Shown in pieces: positions 63,553 to 64,000 of a stretch of DNA of 64,000 nt. The stretch comes from Magallana gigas. Lineage: Eukaryota. The first letter of the stretch is position 1, and each line of letters opens with the position of its first letter. The notes below the pieces were generated by a model. That model did not search any database. It saw nothing but the letters and a program-made list of their open reading frames with translations, and was not told where the DNA came from. Both the position numbers and the translations under genes were made by a program. The stretch covers positions 23,560,001-23,624,000 of the forward strand of contig NC_088854.1 in NCBI RefSeq assembly GCF_963853765.1, given 5' to 3'.

Positions 63553-64000
63553 TTTTTAACCGGGTTTTCCAACGGAAAAATCCGGTTATTAAAATGGTGA
63601 AAATGGCGGGCGGCTGCCAAAAGGGTACCCTCATTGTACGGATAACTCCTCCTACAGTTTTCAAGATAGGAAGTTGTTCTTTTGCAGATCGATTGTACAT
63701 ATATCAGAGGTGTGCATATTGCTAGGATTTTGATTTCTGATTATTTATGAAAAAAATACCAGCTTTTGAACTTAGTCATTTTTTGGCAAAAAATTGCATA
63801 TAGGATACCCTCATTGTATGGATAACTCCTCCTACAGTTTTCAAGATAGGAAGTTGTTCTTTTGCAGATCAATTGTACATATATCAGAGGTGTGCATATT
63901 GCTAGGATTTAGATTTCCGATAATTTATGAAAAAAATACCAGCTTTTGAACTTAGTCATTTTTTGGCAAAATATTGCATATAGGGTACCCTCATTGTACG
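63553..64000 (-). mobile_element. Second copy of the 180-bp-repeat HINE family, cut by the window end
   Basis: aaccgggttttccaacggaaaaatccggttattaaaatggtgaaaatggcgggcggc is the reverse complement of 48450-48512, followed by 180-bp units. Confidence 0.85.

Overview
AT-rich, intron-containing animal DNA, most likely an oyster (Crassostrea/Magallana-like bivalve, judged from the Cg170-type Helentron satellites). Nine protein-coding genes were reconstructed by hand. They are the 3' part of a coiled-coil gene (39-3897, +), four paralogous secreted His-rich EF-hand genes (two minus, two plus, 15031-28281), an intronless class A GPCR (-), RPL35 (-), ARPC5 (+) and the 5' part of a ZER1/ZYG11-family gene (+). 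RPL35 intron 3 holds two copies of an H/ACA snoRNA and one C/D snoRNA, and ARPC5 intron 1 is a U12-type intron. The most unusual feature is a 9.4-kb non-coding foldback element (4854-14256) with a 7-bp target-site duplication. Its two arms each carry a hierarchical 21-bp/105-bp satellite and meet at a spacer-less palindrome centred on 8472. The rest is a decayed RTE-type LINE, several Helentron/HINE-like elements with internal tandem repeats, and many MITEs and palindromes. All family assignments are from memory and sequence inspection; no database search was run.
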